Source: an uncultured delta proteobacterium (GTDB taxonomy: Bacteria; Myxococcota; Myxococcia; SLRQ01). Taken from it: a stretch of DNA of 64,000 nucleotides. The stretch is from contig CAVSGM010000011.1 in assembly GCA_963727485.1 (NCBI GenBank), positions 448,001-512,000 of the forward strand. The letters run 5' to 3'. The notes below the pieces were generated by a model. The model was given only the letters and a program-made list of their open reading frames with translations, ran no database searches and was not told where the DNA came from. The translations under genes were made by a program, and so were the position numbers. Shown here piece by piece: positions 22,171 through 34,180 of the stretch (positions are counted from its first letter, which is position 1; each line of letters opens with the position of its first letter).

Positions 22171-23511
22171 ATGAGTGACACCGCGGTCTCCGCCCTTCGC
22201 CGGAAGGCCGGGGCGCACTTCGAGGCGGGCGCGTGGGAGACGGCGCTGGCCCACTATGCCGAGCTGGTGCGCCTCGAGCCCGGGGACCACCAGGCGCGGT
22301 TCCGGGCGGCCCGGTGCCTGCTCAAGCTCGGCGAGTCCGAGCGTGCGGTCACCGCCTACCACGCCGCCGCCGAGGGGCTGTTCCACAAGGGCTACCTGCT
22401 CTCGGCGATGGCCGCGTGCAAGGAGGCCCTGCGCATCAACCCGGTGGAGAAGCGGGTCAAGGACACCCTCCGGCGCATCCACGCCCGGGCCGTCGCGGAG
22501 GTGGGCCGGACCCCGGTCCCGCCGCCCCTGCCGCTCCCGGACCTCGACGACGACGAGGCCGACATCTGGAGCGCCCTCACCGGGCTCGCGGGCTCGGAGC
22601 TGGTGGATAGGGCCATGGAGATCCTCGGCCGCGCCGAGGCCACCGACGACGGCGAGGCCTCGAGCCACCGGCCCCCGCTGCCCCTCTTCGCCGAGCTCGA
22701 GCGCGAGGCCTTCGTGGACGTGGTCCTGAAGATGGACCTGCGGGACTACCACCAGGGCGAGTCCATCCTCGAGCAGGGGGCGCCGGGGGACGCGGTCTAC
22801 GTGATCTGCGCCGGCGGCGCCCGGGTGGTCCGCCGGGGCGAGGACGGCACCGAGGCCGAGCTCGCCCACCTCCCCGGTGGCACCCTGGTGGGCGAGATGG
22901 CCCTGCTCACCGACGCCCCGCGGTCGGCGTCGGTATTGGCCGAGCGCGCCAGCGAGGTCTTCGTCCTCTCCCGGCGCGACCTCGAGGAGCTGGCGCGGGC
23001 CCACCCGGCGGTCCCCCAGCAGCTCGTGGGCTTCTGCCGCAAGCGCCTGCTCGCCAACCTGGTGCGCACCTCGCCCCTCTTCCAGCCCTTCGACGCCGAG
23101 ACGCGCCTGGAGCTCCTCTCCCGCTTCACCTCCCGGGTCCACGCCCCGGCCGAGGTGATCATCCGCGAGGGGCAGACGGGGGAGGGGATGTCGGTGATCC
23201 TCACCGGCGAGGTCCAGGTCACCCGCCAGGACGCCGACGGCGAGCCGGTGCACCTGGCCACCCTCCGCGAGGGCGACGTCTTCGGGGAGATCGCCCTGGT
23301 CCGCGACGAGCCCGCCACCGCCACGGTGCGCGCGGTGCGCAAGACCGCGGTGGTCATGCTCCCCGCCGACGACTTCGCCCACCTGGTCGCCGACCACGCG
23401 GCGGTGCGCGAGTGGATCCGCGGGCTCACCGACGACCGGCTCAGCCGCAACGCCCGGGCCATGGCCGCCCCCGCCGAGGCCGTCTCCGAGGACGACCTGG
23501 TCGTGCTCTAG
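22171..23511 (+). CDS. TPR plus two cyclic-nucleotide-binding domains
   Basis: N-terminal TPR helices; CNB motifs GEMALLTDAPRSASV and GEIALVRDEPATATV. Confidence 0.85.
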   Translation: MSDTAVSALRRKAGAHFEAGAWETALAHYAELVRLEPGDHQARFRAARCLLKLGESERAVTAYHAAAEGLFHKGYLLSAMAACKEALRINPVEKRVKDTLRRIHARAVAEVGRTPVPPPLPLPDLDDDEADIWSALTGLAGSELVDRAMEILGRAEATDDGEASSHRPPLPLFAELEREAFVDVVLKMDLRDYHQGESILEQGAPGDAVYVICAGGARVVRRGEDGTEAELAHLPGGTLVGEMALLTDAPRSASVLAERASEVFVLSRRDLEELARAHPAVPQQLVGFCRKRLLANLVRTSPLFQPFDAETRLELLSRFTSRVHAPAEVIIREGQTGEGMSVILTGEVQVTRQDADGEPVHLATLREGDVFGEIALVRDEPATATVRAVRKTAVVMLPADDFAHLVADHAAVREWIRGLTDDRLSRNARAMAAPAEAVSEDDLVVL

Positions 23512-23529
23512 GCCCGCCGCGGGCGGCGC

Positions 23530-24808
23530 CTATCGCTGCCGGGGGATCGGCGGGGTCTCGGGCTCCGCCGCCGGTGCGGCCGGCGCGGCGCCGGCGCTGC
23601 CGGATCCCGGGTCGCCACCGGAGGCGGTGTCGGTGCCGCTCGAGGTCCCGGCCGAGGCGCCCGCGCCGCCGACCTGGATGAGGAAGTCGTCGGAGGCGTG
23701 GGTCTTGGGGTCCCGGGCGTGGATGACGCACTTGTGGGTCCCCGGGGCCACGTGGAGCTTGAGGCGCCGCTTGCTCGGGGCGTCGAGGAGCTCGACCTTC
23801 CCGCAGGGCACGTCCCACTCGGGCTCGAAGCCCTGGATTCTCGCTGCCGTCGGGGCGGAAGGCGTGGGCCTCGAGCTCGAGGGTGTTCTGGCCGCCCTGG
23901 AGGACCACGCCGTCGGCCTCCCGCCCGCCCCCGAAGGTGATGGCCACCCGCACCGGGGGCCGCGGCCGCTGGCCCCGGACCACCGTGACCTGGTCGTGCT
24001 TGCCGGTCATCCCCTCGTAGAGGAAGACGCGGCAGCGGTCGGTGCCGGCGGCGAGGGTGAAGGTGATCTGCTTCTGCCGGGGGTCGGAGATCTTCCCGCA
24101 GCTCGCCGACCACATGGGGAAGAAGTGGGAGACCTCCGAGAGCACGGCGGAGCCCTCGGGGGCGGCGTAGGCGACGGCCTTGAGCTGCACCGAGTCCTCG
24201 CCCACCGCGGTGGTGACGGTGTCGGGCTTGGACTGGCCGAAGAAGATCTGCACCTGCTGCACCGGCCCGAACTTGGGGCCCTTCGGCTTGGCCTCGGCCT
24301 TGGCCTTCTCGGCGTCGGCGTCGGCGTCGGGCAGCGGCACCCCCCGGCGGCCCTCGAACTTCCAGAACTGGTAGGTGATGCCGTTCTTCTCGGTGCCGTC
24401 CATCCGCACCAGCTTGAAGTAGCGGTCGAAGTGGCTCATGAGCATCAGGGCCTTGGCCCGGGCCACGGTGGAGCCGGTGGGCCAGGACGCCTCGGTGAAC
24501 CACACCCCGGTGGGGCGGTCGGGCCAGGCGGTCGCCTTCTCCTCGCAGGGGCTGCAGCGGCTCTGGGACACCAGGTTGCCGGTCTTGCCGTCGAGGATCT
24601 GGGTGAGGCCGGTGACCTTCACCGAGCCGTCGCTCATGTTGGTGACCGCGTGGGTGAGGATGCGGACCTTGAGGACGTGGCCTTGGCTGTCGGCGGCGTG
24701 GGCGGCCTCGATCTGCGCCTTGTAGCGGCTGGGGACGAAGGTGTCCTGGGCCGTCGCCGGGAAGGTCACGGCAACGAGGCTGGCGAAGACGAGGGCACGC
24801 ACGAACAT
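23530..24808 (-). CDS. Secreted hypothetical protein with two C-terminal Cys-containing beta repeats; apparent frameshift at ~23838
   Basis: Signal peptide MFVRALVFASLVAVTFPATA. Joins ORF 23530..23811 if GATTC at 23836-23840 is GATC. Confidence 0.65.
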
Positions 24809-24931
24809 CTGGACCTCCGGCGGAGACGGCTGGGCAGCGGCGACGTTATCGCAAGACGCCGGTGAGGGGCAGAATCCGGACGGGTGGGACGCAGGGCGGC
24901 CCGGGTGATTCAAGGCGCCGCCGCGTCGTCC

Positions 24932-26570
24932 CTACTTGCGCTTCTTGTTCTTCCGGCTCTTCTGCCGGGCCTTCTTCTCGGCCTTGCGCTTGTTCTTCTT
25001 CTTGTCGCGCTCGGCCCGGGAGATGGTCTTGGGGGCGTTCTGCTCCTGGAGCCCGAACATCCGCGCCCGGTCGATCTGGGCCTGGGTCATGCCCAGGGTG
25101 GGGTCACCGTCGCCGGCCAGCCCGGGCATCCCCAGGCCCGGCATCCCGCCCCCAGGGCCGAAGAGGCCGGCGAGCTCGTCCTCGTGGCCCTTGAGCTGCT
25201 TGAGGGCGGCGAGGTTGCGCATCCCCGGGAGGCGCGAGAGGAGACCGGCGCCGCCCATGGGGCCGATCTTGCGGAAGAGGTCGCGCATCCCCCGGAAGCG
25301 CTCGAGGAGGCCCTTGACGTCGGCCTCCTTGGTCCCCGAGCCGCCGGCGATGCGCTTGGTGCGCGAGGCGTCGATGAGCTCGGGCTTCGAGCGCTCCTGG
25401 CGGGTCATGGAGCCGACCATCGCCTCCACCCGGCCCAGCTCCCGGTCGTCGATTCTGGAAGCCCTCGGGGAGGTCGCCGAAGAGGGGGAACTTCTCGAGC
25501 AGATCCGAGAGCGAGCCCATCTTCTGGATGGTCTTGATCTGCTTGACGAAGTCGTCGAGGTCGAAGTCGCCGGAGAGGATCTTCTCCGCGTCCTTCTCCG
25601 CCTCCTCCTCGTCGACGTGGGCCTCGAAGTCCTGCATCAGGCCCACGATGTCGCCGAAGCCGAGGATGCGGCTGGCGAGGCCCTCGGGGCGGAAGTCCTC
25701 GAGCTTGTCGAGGCTCTCGCCCATGCCCAGGAACTTGATGGGCTTGCCCGTGACCTCCTTGATCGAGAGGGCGGCGCCCCCGCGGGCGTCGCCGTCGAGC
25801 TTGGTCATCACGAAGCCGGTGAGCTCGAGACGCTTGTTGAAGGCGTCGGCGGTGCGCACCGCGTCCTGGCCGATCATGGCGTCGCAGACCAGGAGGATGT
25901 TCTCGGGCGAGGTCCTGGCCTTGACCTCCTCGAGCTCGTGCATCATCTCCTCGTCGATGGCGAGGCGCCCGGCGGTGTCGAAGAGGATGACGTCGCGGCC
26001 CTGCTTCTTGGCGACCTCCACCGCCTTCTGGCACAGCTCCGGCGGCGGGGTCCCGGCCTCGGCGAAGACCGGCACCTCGAGGCGGGCGCCGAGCTGCTGG
26101 AGCTGGTCCACCGCGGCGGGGCGGTAGACGTCGGCGGCGACCAGCAGCGGCGTGTGCCCCTCCTTGATGAGCTTGTTCGCCAGCTTGGCGGTGGTCGTGG
26201 TCTTCCCGGAGCCCTGGAGGCCGACCATCATGATCTTGGTCGGGCCCTTCTTGGCGTAGTCGAGGCCCGGCTCCACCGGCCCCATCAGGGCCTCGAGCTC
26301 GTCGTGGCAGATCTTGATGAAGTGGTCCGAGGGGCTGACCTGGACCTTGTTGCCGCCCTTGGCCTTGGCGGAGGTCTTCACCACCTCGCCCAGGGCCTTC
26401 TCCTTGACCCGGTTGACGAAGGTCTTGGCGACGGTGAAGTCGACGTCGGCCTCGAGGAGGGCGACGCGGATGTCGCGCACCGCCTCGGCGATGCCCTCCT
26501 CGGTGATCTCCTTGCGGCCGGCGAGGCGGTTCCGGGCGGCCTTGAACCCTCTAGAGACGGTCTCCAGCAT
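24932..26570 (-). CDS. ffh: Signal recognition particle protein Ffh; apparent frameshift at ~25453
   Basis: GLQGSGKTTT, DTAGR, TKLDGDARGG. The M domain (SMTRQER...RIAGGSG) lies in ORF 24932..25429 and joins if GATTC at 25451-25455 is GATC. Confidence 0.95.
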
Positions 26571-26775
26571 GGGGCGCTCTTAGCACGCGGCGGCGGGGTG
26601 GTGAAAGCGTCGCGTCACCGAGGGGAACCGCCGCCGGGCCCCGGGGGATTCCGCGGACGCCGGTGCGTAGGCCCCTTCGCACCCGGCCCCGGGGTGCGAT
26701 CCCGGCTACGCAGGGCCCGAGTGGTCAGACCATCCCAAGAGCCCGGGACGACGCAGGATTTCTGGTGGGGCCCCG

Positions 26776-26791
26776 TGGCATGACCGGTGCA
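26776..26791 (+). promoter_or_regulatory. Putative sigma-54 (-24/-12) promoter
   Basis: TGGCATGACCGGTGCA has exact GG-N10-GC spacing and is close to the TGGCACG-N4-TTGC consensus. It lies just upstream of the deacetylase gene, which is followed by a sigma-54 activator gene. Confidence 0.6.
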
Positions 26792-26805
26792 CCTTGCGGC
26801 GACCC

Positions 26806-27687
26806 ATGGAACGCAGGCTCGTCGTGAATGGGGATGACTTCGGGATGACCCCCGGTGTGAGCCGGGGCATCGCCCGGGCCTTCGATGAGGGCATCCTCAC
26901 CAGCGCCTCGATCATGGCCGGGATGCCCGGCTTCGACGAGGCCGTGTCCCTCGCCCGGGTCCGCCCGGGCCTCGGCGTCGGCCTCCACCTCAACCTCACC
27001 GACGGGCCCCCGGTGCTCCCCAGCGACCAGGTGCGCTCGCTGGTGGACGACAAGGGCACCTTCCTCGGCTACCGGGCCTTCACCCTCCGGCTCCTCTCGG
27101 GGCGGGCCAGCCGCGACGAGATCCGCGCCGAGATCGCCGCGCAGATCCTCCGGGCCGAGGCCGCGGGGCTGACCCTGGGCCACCTGGACGGTCACCGCCA
27201 CGTCCACCTCCTGCCGGTCCTCTTCGACCTGGTCGCCGAGGCGGCGGTGAAGGCGGGCATCCCCTACGTCCGCTGCCCGGCGGTGGTCGGGGGCAAGGGC
27301 CTCCCCGCGGGGATCATGGCCCCGCGCAAGCTCGGCCTCGCCGGCTTCGGGCGCCTCCACTACGGTCGCCTGGTGGAGCGCGGGCTCGCCACCGCCGACT
27401 GCTTCCTCGGCACCACCCGCGGGGGCACCGTCGACGCCCTCCGCGAGGCCGCCGGCCGCCTCGGCGAGTGCCCCGGGGGCGTGACCGAGTGGATGGTCCA
27501 CCCCGGAGAGGTGGACGCCCCCCTGATGTTCCTCGACGACTACCTCTGGCCCCGCCAGGAGGAGCTCGCCTGGCTGGTGAGCGACGAGGCCCGGGAGGCC
27601 ATCGACGCCGCCGGGTGCCGCCTGGTGAACTTCCGGGGTGTGCCCAAGCTCCAGGCCGTCGAGGGCCTCGCCGGCACCGCCGCCTAG
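26806..27687 (+). CDS. ChbG/HpnK (YdjC) family deacetylase
   Basis: VNGDDFG, GLHLNLT, HLDGHRHVH and EWMVHPG motifs. Confidence 0.9.
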   Translation: MERRLVVNGDDFGMTPGVSRGIARAFDEGILTSASIMAGMPGFDEAVSLARVRPGLGVGLHLNLTDGPPVLPSDQVRSLVDDKGTFLGYRAFTLRLLSGRASRDEIRAEIAAQILRAEAAGLTLGHLDGHRHVHLLPVLFDLVAEAAVKAGIPYVRCPAVVGGKGLPAGIMAPRKLGLAGFGRLHYGRLVERGLATADCFLGTTRGGTVDALREAAGRLGECPGGVTEWMVHPGEVDAPLMFLDDYLWPRQEELAWLVSDEAREAIDAAGCRLVNFRGVPKLQAVEGLAGTAA

Positions 27688-27786
27688 CCTGCCATCCCGC
27701 CCGGCCCGCCGCCCCGACCCGGTCGTCGGAGCGCCGCGGGTCGGGCGTCTTGTGACCCGCCGCGGCCCCACGGTAGGCTCGCTCCG

Positions 27787-29211
<1,425 letters not shown>

Positions 29212-29257
29212 CCCGTCGCCCTGGTGGCCGGCGACGCCTGCGCTACACTCTCCCCCG

Positions 29258-29626
29258 ATGGCCAGCACCGTCCTCGCGGTCGACGACGACCCCTTCATCC
29301 TCAAGGTCCTCGAGCGCTACCTCGATCCCGAGGGCCTGGAGGTGGTGCCGGTGGGCACCGGCGAGGCCGCCCTGGCCCGGGCCGCCAAGGGGGGCATCGA
29401 CCTGGTCATCCTCGACCTCCACCTCCCCCAGCTCGACGGGTTCGAGGTCTGCCGCCGCCTCAAGGCCGACGAGGCGACCCGGCGCATCCCGGTGATCATG
29501 CTCACCGCCGCCCACGCCCGGGAGGCGGACAAGGGCTACGACGCCGGGGCCGACGCCTACATGGCCAAGCCCTTCCTCCGACGCTCGCTGCTCTACAACG
29601 TCCGCACCCTCCTCCAGGAGGCATGA
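29258..29626 (+). CDS. Single-domain response regulator (CheY-like)
   Basis: VDDD...LDLHLP..DG...MLTA...KPF; no output domain. Confidence 0.9.
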   Translation: MASTVLAVDDDPFILKVLERYLDPEGLEVVPVGTGEAALARAAKGGIDLVILDLHLPQLDGFEVCRRLKADEATRRIPVIMLTAAHAREADKGYDAGADAYMAKPFLRRSLLYNVRTLLQEA

Positions 29627-31734
29627 CCCGCGCCGTGTCCGAGGTCCGCCACGGCGCGGCGGGGACGCCGCCCTTTCCCCCGGCCCCGGTGACGCTGGGC
29701 GACGACGGCCTGGTGGCCGCCGGGCACACCGTGCCCCTGTGGTCCGGGTCCATCCACTACTGGCGCCTGGCCCCCAGCGCCTGGCCCGCGGCCCTCGACG
29801 AGATGGCGCGCCTGGGCCTGCGGATGGTGTGCACCTACGTCCCCTGGGCCGAGCACGAGGTGGCCCCGGGCGCCTACGACTTCGGGGACACCGACCCCCG
29901 GCGCGACGTCGCCCGCTTCCTCGACCTCTGCGCCGACCGGGGCCTCGCGGTGATCCTCCGCCCCGGGCCCCACGTGAACGCCGAGCTCACCGGCTTCGGC
30001 TTCCCCGAGCGGATCCTCGCCGACCCGGCGTGCCAGGCGCGCTCCAGCCGCGGCGACCCGGTGCTGGTCCCGGCGCCGCCCCAGGCCTTCCCGGCGCCGA
30101 GCTTCGCCTCCCCGGTGTTCCGCGAGGAGACCCGCCGGTGGATCCGGGCCTTCGCCGAGGTGGTCCGCCCCTACCTCCGGGGTCGCGGGGGGCCGGTGGT
30201 GGCGGTGCAGGCGGACAACGAGGCGAGCTTCTTCTTCCGCACCGGGGCCTTCGACGGGGACTACGCCCCGGCGGCGGTGGCGCGGTGGCGCAAGTGGCTC
30301 GCGGCCCGCTACCACGAGGACCTCGACGCGGTGAACCGCGCCTACGGCACCGACTGGCGCCGCTTCGACGACGCCACCCCGCCGGTGGCCCTCGAGGGCC
30401 ACCTCCGCCGGGACCTGATGCCCGGCCTCGACTGGCTGCGCTTCAAGGAGACCCTGGTCTCGGGCTTCGTGGGGGCGGTGGCCACCATGCTCCGGGACGC
30501 GGGGATCACCGACGTCCCGCTGCTCCACAACTTCGCCATGACCGAGGGGCTCACCCCCTCGGACCTCGGGGAGATGGGCCGGGTGGTGGACCTGGTGGGC
30601 ATCGACCTCTACCACCCGCGGTCCCAGTTCGGGCTGGTGCGCGAGAGCCTGCTGGCCCTCGGCGGCCTCTCGCGCCTGCCCTTCGTCCCCGAGCTCGGCG
30701 CCGGGGCGCCCTGGTACATGCCGGCCCTCTCCATCGAGGACGGGCGCCAGCTCCTCCTGGCGTCGCTCGCCTACGGCGCCCGGGCGGTGAACCTCTACAT
30801 GATCGTCGACCGGGACCGGTGGTACGGCGCGCCCATCAGCCCCCACGGGGTGCGCCGGGAGCCCATCGCCCGCTTCTACCAGGACGCCCTGGAGGCGGTG
30901 GGGCGCGCCGCCTGGCACCGCACCCGGCGCCCGGCGCGGGCCGCGATCTTCGACAATCGGGCCTACGGTCGCCTCGCCACCCTCACCAGCCCCTGGGAGC
31001 CGCTCCCCGCCGGGCTCTTCCGGCTCCTGGGCTTCGGCCCCGAGGGCATCGCCGGGGAGACGGCGCCGGGCTACGGCACCTCGCCTGCGATGATCGTCGC
31101 CCGGGCGCGGGCGGTCCTCGCCGAGGCCCTGGACCGCACCCGCCTCGCCTGGGTGTCCACCACCGACGCCGCCGACCCCGAGCGCCTCGAGGCGCTGGAC
31201 CTGCTCTGCGTCCCGGCGGCGGGGCTCCTCTCCGAGTCCGCCCAGGGCCGGCTCCTGGCCCGGGCCCGGGCCGGGGCCACGGTGATCCTGGGCCCCGAGC
31301 TCCCCACCGAGGCCGAGGGCGGGGTCGAGGTCACCGTCCTGGCCGGCGGGATCGAGGGCCGGCCCGAGGCCTTCGAGGAGCCCGTGGTCCACCGGATCCA
31401 CCGCTGCGGCGCCGGCCGGGTGGTGGAGGTGCCCGCCCTCGACACCCTCCCGGCGGCGGGGGTGGCGGCGCTCCTCGAGGCGGTGGTGGGCGAGCTGGAC
31501 CTCCCCCGGGATCCGGCCACCGACGCCGGCCCCGAGGTCGACGCCCTCTGGCACCTGGGGCCGGACGACCGGCGGTTCGTGGCCCTGGTGAACCGCGGCG
31601 GCGCCCCCGCCGAGGCCGCCGGCGAGCTGACGCCCCTGGCGCTCACCGACCTGGTGACCGGCGATCGCATCGCCGCCGGGGACCCGGTGCCGCTGGCCGC
31701 CCGCACCGTGCGCCTCCTGGAGGTGACGCCGTGA
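29623..31734 (+). CDS. Beta-galactosidase-like glycoside hydrolase (GH35/GH42 type)
   Basis: SGSIHYWR, TYVPWAEHE, ILRPGPHVNAE, QADNE (acid/base) and VPELGAG (probable nucleophile). ATGA overlap with the upstream receiver gene. Confidence 0.8.
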   Translation: MTRAVSEVRHGAAGTPPFPPAPVTLGDDGLVAAGHTVPLWSGSIHYWRLAPSAWPAALDEMARLGLRMVCTYVPWAEHEVAPGAYDFGDTDPRRDVARFLDLCADRGLAVILRPGPHVNAELTGFGFPERILADPACQARSSRGDPVLVPAPPQAFPAPSFASPVFREETRRWIRAFAEVVRPYLRGRGGPVVAVQADNEASFFFRTGAFDGDYAPAAVARWRKWLAARYHEDLDAVNRAYGTDWRRFDDATPPVALEGHLRRDLMPGLDWLRFKETLVSGFVGAVATMLRDAGITDVPLLHNFAMTEGLTPSDLGEMGRVVDLVGIDLYHPRSQFGLVRESLLALGGLSRLPFVPELGAGAPWYMPALSIEDGRQLLLASLAYGARAVNLYMIVDRDRWYGAPISPHGVRREPIARFYQDALEAVGRAAWHRTRRPARAAIFDNRAYGRLATLTSPWEPLPAGLFRLLGFGPEGIAGETAPGYGTSPAMIVARARAVLAEALDRTRLAWVSTTDAADPERLEALDLLCVPAAGLLSESAQGRLLARARAGATVILGPELPTEAEGGVEVTVLAGGIEGRPEAFEEPVVHRIHRCGAGRVVEVPALDTLPAAGVAALLEAVVGELDLPRDPATDAGPEVDALWHLGPDDRRFVALVNRGGAPAEAAGELTPLALTDLVTGDRIAAGDPVPLAARTVRLLEVTP

Positions 31735-32739
31735 TCGGCCACGACGTGCAGGTGGTCGACCTCGAGGGCGGGCAGCTCCGGCGCCTGATGAGCTGGCTCG
31801 AGCCCGACGAGGGCGCCGGCGACGGCGGCGGGGTGCTCCTCATCGTCCACCGGGGGCCCGAGGTCCTCAAGGTGATGCACGGGGCGAGGCGCCTGCCCCC
31901 CTCGGCGGTGGACTTCACCGGCCCCAAGGATCTCCCGGTCCTGCGCAAGCGCTTCGGCGCCGCGGTGGCGGTGGCGCTGGCCCACGACGCCGTCGGCGAG
32001 ATCATCCACCAGTTCCAGGCCGCCTGCCGCATGGACCAGCGCTACCTGGAGCAGGCGCTCCTCGCCCTCGACACGGTGCGGGCCCAGGTGGGCACCCGGC
32101 TCCACCTCGATCCGCCCGGGGCCCCTGCTCACCATGCACCTGCCCTCGGCGAAGACCCTCTCGCGCCTCCAGCGCCTGGCGCTCCCCCCGGGGAAGGTGG
32201 CGGTGTTCTACGCCATGGAGTCCTCGGCCAAGGGGCAGCGGGTGGCGGCGAGCCTGGTCATCCGCCAGGGGCGCGACGCCCACCTCGACCTCATCACCAC
32301 CGACGCCCACCTCGGGGACGAGGGGCTGCGCGCCGAGACCTGGCGCGACGACCTCGACCGGGTGTGCCGGCGCATCGCCGAGCGGGTGGGGCCCATCCAC
32401 CTCGCCTGCTTCGCCGAGGCCAAGGCGGTGACCGGGCTGCTCGCCAGCGGCTTCTCCCTCGAGCTCCTCGACGCCATGCTCGCCGACGGCCGGGTCCTGC
32501 TCCCCGCGAGGCCCTTCTACGTGCGGATGGTGCTCAAGCCCTTCTGGCGCCGGCTCCTGCGGCTCTCGCCCCTCAAGGGGATGCGGGCGCTGGTCGGGGG
32601 CGAGGCAGCGGCTGGCCCGGCCGCGCTCGAAGCACCGCCTGGGGCGCCGGATGGCGCCGGTCCTGCCACCCGTCCCACTGAAGGTAGCGAAGGAACTCCG
32701 CCTGGAACGCCTGCCGCGGGATCCCCACCGAACGGGTGA
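31731..32739 (+). CDS. Hypothetical protein; apparent homopolymer frameshift at ~32120
   Basis: GTG start overlapping the GH stop (GTGA). VIGHDVQVVDL... continues into ORF 32134..32739 after removing one G from cggggccc; codon usage is gene-like. Confidence 0.55.
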
Positions 32740-33511
32740 AGGCCTCGTCGAAGCCCTCGCCCCGGCGCATGGCACGGAGCAGGTGGCTCACCGACGCCAC
32801 CCCGTAGCGCTCCACCAGGAAGGAGAAGGCCCAGTGGGCGGCGCCGTAGACCGCGTCGGACTCGGTGCGGTAGAGGCTCGGGGCGTCGTCCACCGGGTCC
32901 TCGCCGGTCTTGCGGATCCAGTGGGCCAGGTGCGCCTCGCTCATCCGCCGCGGTCCCTGGCGCGCGGTCCAGCTCGCCATCCCCTCCCGGAACCAGATGG
33001 GGATCTGGAGGTCCTCGGCCTGCCAGGTCGAGCGGGTGGCGGCGAGCTGGTACATCAGGCAGTGGGTGAGCTCGTGGGTCAGGAGCTCGGCGAGGTTCGC
33101 CAGGCCCCCCTCGAAGATCCCGAAGCGCCTCGGCGACTGGAGGAAGATCTCGTCGTAGCGCGCCCAGGCCCGCAGCCACGGGTAGTGGTGCCGGTCCACC
33201 GCGTCCTCGAGGCCCTGGTGGTCCGGGTAGAGGCGCAGGGTGATGGGGGTCGTGAAGGCGCCCCAGGGGCGGATGCGCGGGACCGCCCGCGCCAGGGCCC
33301 GCTCCAGCTCGGGGATCACCGAGGCGTCGGCGGGGCTGAAGCGCAGGTGGAAGGTGGCGCCGCCGGTGGCGTAGTCGAGGTGGGCGGTGAGCCCGGCGTC
33401 CACCGCGGCGCCCGGGCGGACCTGCCACAGGCACCCCCCTAGGCCCAGCAGGAGCGCTGGCGCCAGGCCCAGGACCCCACGCCGCAGCCGTCCGGTCACT
33501 CCCCGCGCCAT
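32573..33511 (-). CDS. Peptidase MA-like (gluzincin) exported protein or lipoprotein
   Basis: Signal-like LLLGLGGC, HELTH zinc motif followed by PIWFREGMA. The 3' end overlaps the convergent gene, so the stop is uncertain. Confidence 0.7.
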   Translation of the reverse strand: MARGVTGRLRRGVLGLAPALLLGLGGCLWQVRPGAAVDAGLTAHLDYATGGATFHLRFSPADASVIPELERALARAVPRIRPWGAFTTPITLRLYPDHQGLEDAVDRHHYPWLRAWARYDEIFLQSPRRFGIFEGGLANLAELLTHELTHCLMYQLAATRSTWQAEDLQIPIWFREGMASWTARQGPRRMSEAHLAHWIRKTGEDPVDDAPSLYRTESDAVYGAAHWAFSFLVERYGVASVSHLLRAMRRGEGFDEAFTRSVGIPRQAFQAEFLRYLQWDGWQDRRHPAPQAVLRARPGQPLPRPRPAPASP

Positions 33512-34179
33512 CAGACCTCGATGAGCCCCTTGCGGATGCCCTCGGTGACCGCCTCCACCCGGTTGGTGACCTCGAGCTTCTGGTAGATGTGCTCGAGGTG
33601 GGTGCGCACCGTGGCCTTGGAGAGGCCGAGGGTGCCCGCGGCCTCGTTGTTGGACAGGCCCTTGGCGATGAGCTGGAGGATCTCCACCTCGCGGCCGGTG
33701 AGCTTGGGCGTGTCGTCGCCCTCGTCGACGTCCACCGCGCTGTCCTCGGGGGTCACCCGGAAGTGGCGCAGCAGCCGCCGGGCGAGGCTCGGCTGGATGA
33801 CGCTGCCGCCGGCGTGGACCTCCTGGATGGCGGCGACAATCTTGTCGGCCTCGGTGCCCTTGAGGAGGTAGCCCGAGGCCCCGGCCTTGATGGCCTCGAG
33901 GACCCGGTCCTCCTCGTCGAAGATGGTGAAGATGAGGATCTCGGTCTCGGGCCACCGCTCCTTGACCTGGCGGGTGACCTCGATGCCGTCGATGCCCGGG
34001 AGCCCGAGGTCGAGGAGGAGGACCTCCGGGCGCTCGGGGAGCTCGGCGAACTGGGTCAGCGCGCTCTCGCCGGAGGGCGCGGTGTCCACGACCTCGAGGT
34101 CGTCGAAGGTGGAGAGGAGCTTGAGCTGGTTCTTGAGGATCTTCGGCTGGTCCTCGACCACCATCACCCGGATCGCCAT
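33511..34179 (-). CDS. NarL/LuxR family response regulator
   Basis: Receiver domain plus LTGREVEILQLIAKGLSN...TVRTHLEHIYQKL HTH. Confidence 0.95.
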   Translation of the reverse strand: MAIRVMVVEDQPKILKNQLKLLSTFDDLEVVDTAPSGESALTQFAELPERPEVLLLDLGLPGIDGIEVTRQVKERWPETEILIFTIFDEEDRVLEAIKAGASGYLLKGTEADKIVAAIQEVHAGGSVIQPSLARRLLRHFRVTPEDSAVDVDEGDDTPKLTGREVEILQLIAKGLSNNEAAGTLGLSKATVRTHLEHIYQKLEVTNRVEAVTEGIRKGLIEV

Positions 34180-34180
34180 G

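Noticed and set aside
24932..26570. ffh, gltG, gltI, moeB, larE, Hsp70 and the histidine kinase as pseudogenes or programmed frameshifts
   Set aside because: The indels fall at recurrent motifs or homopolymers, the genes are otherwise undegraded, ffh is normally essential, and no slippery-site or stimulator pattern is shared. Sequencing error is far more likely.
29623..31734. Exo-beta-glucosaminidase (GlmA-like) working with the upstream deacetylase on chitin
   Set aside because: The residue before the acid/base Glu is Asn (DNE), as in beta-galactosidases, not the Asp I recall for GlmA. No chitinase or transporter is nearby.
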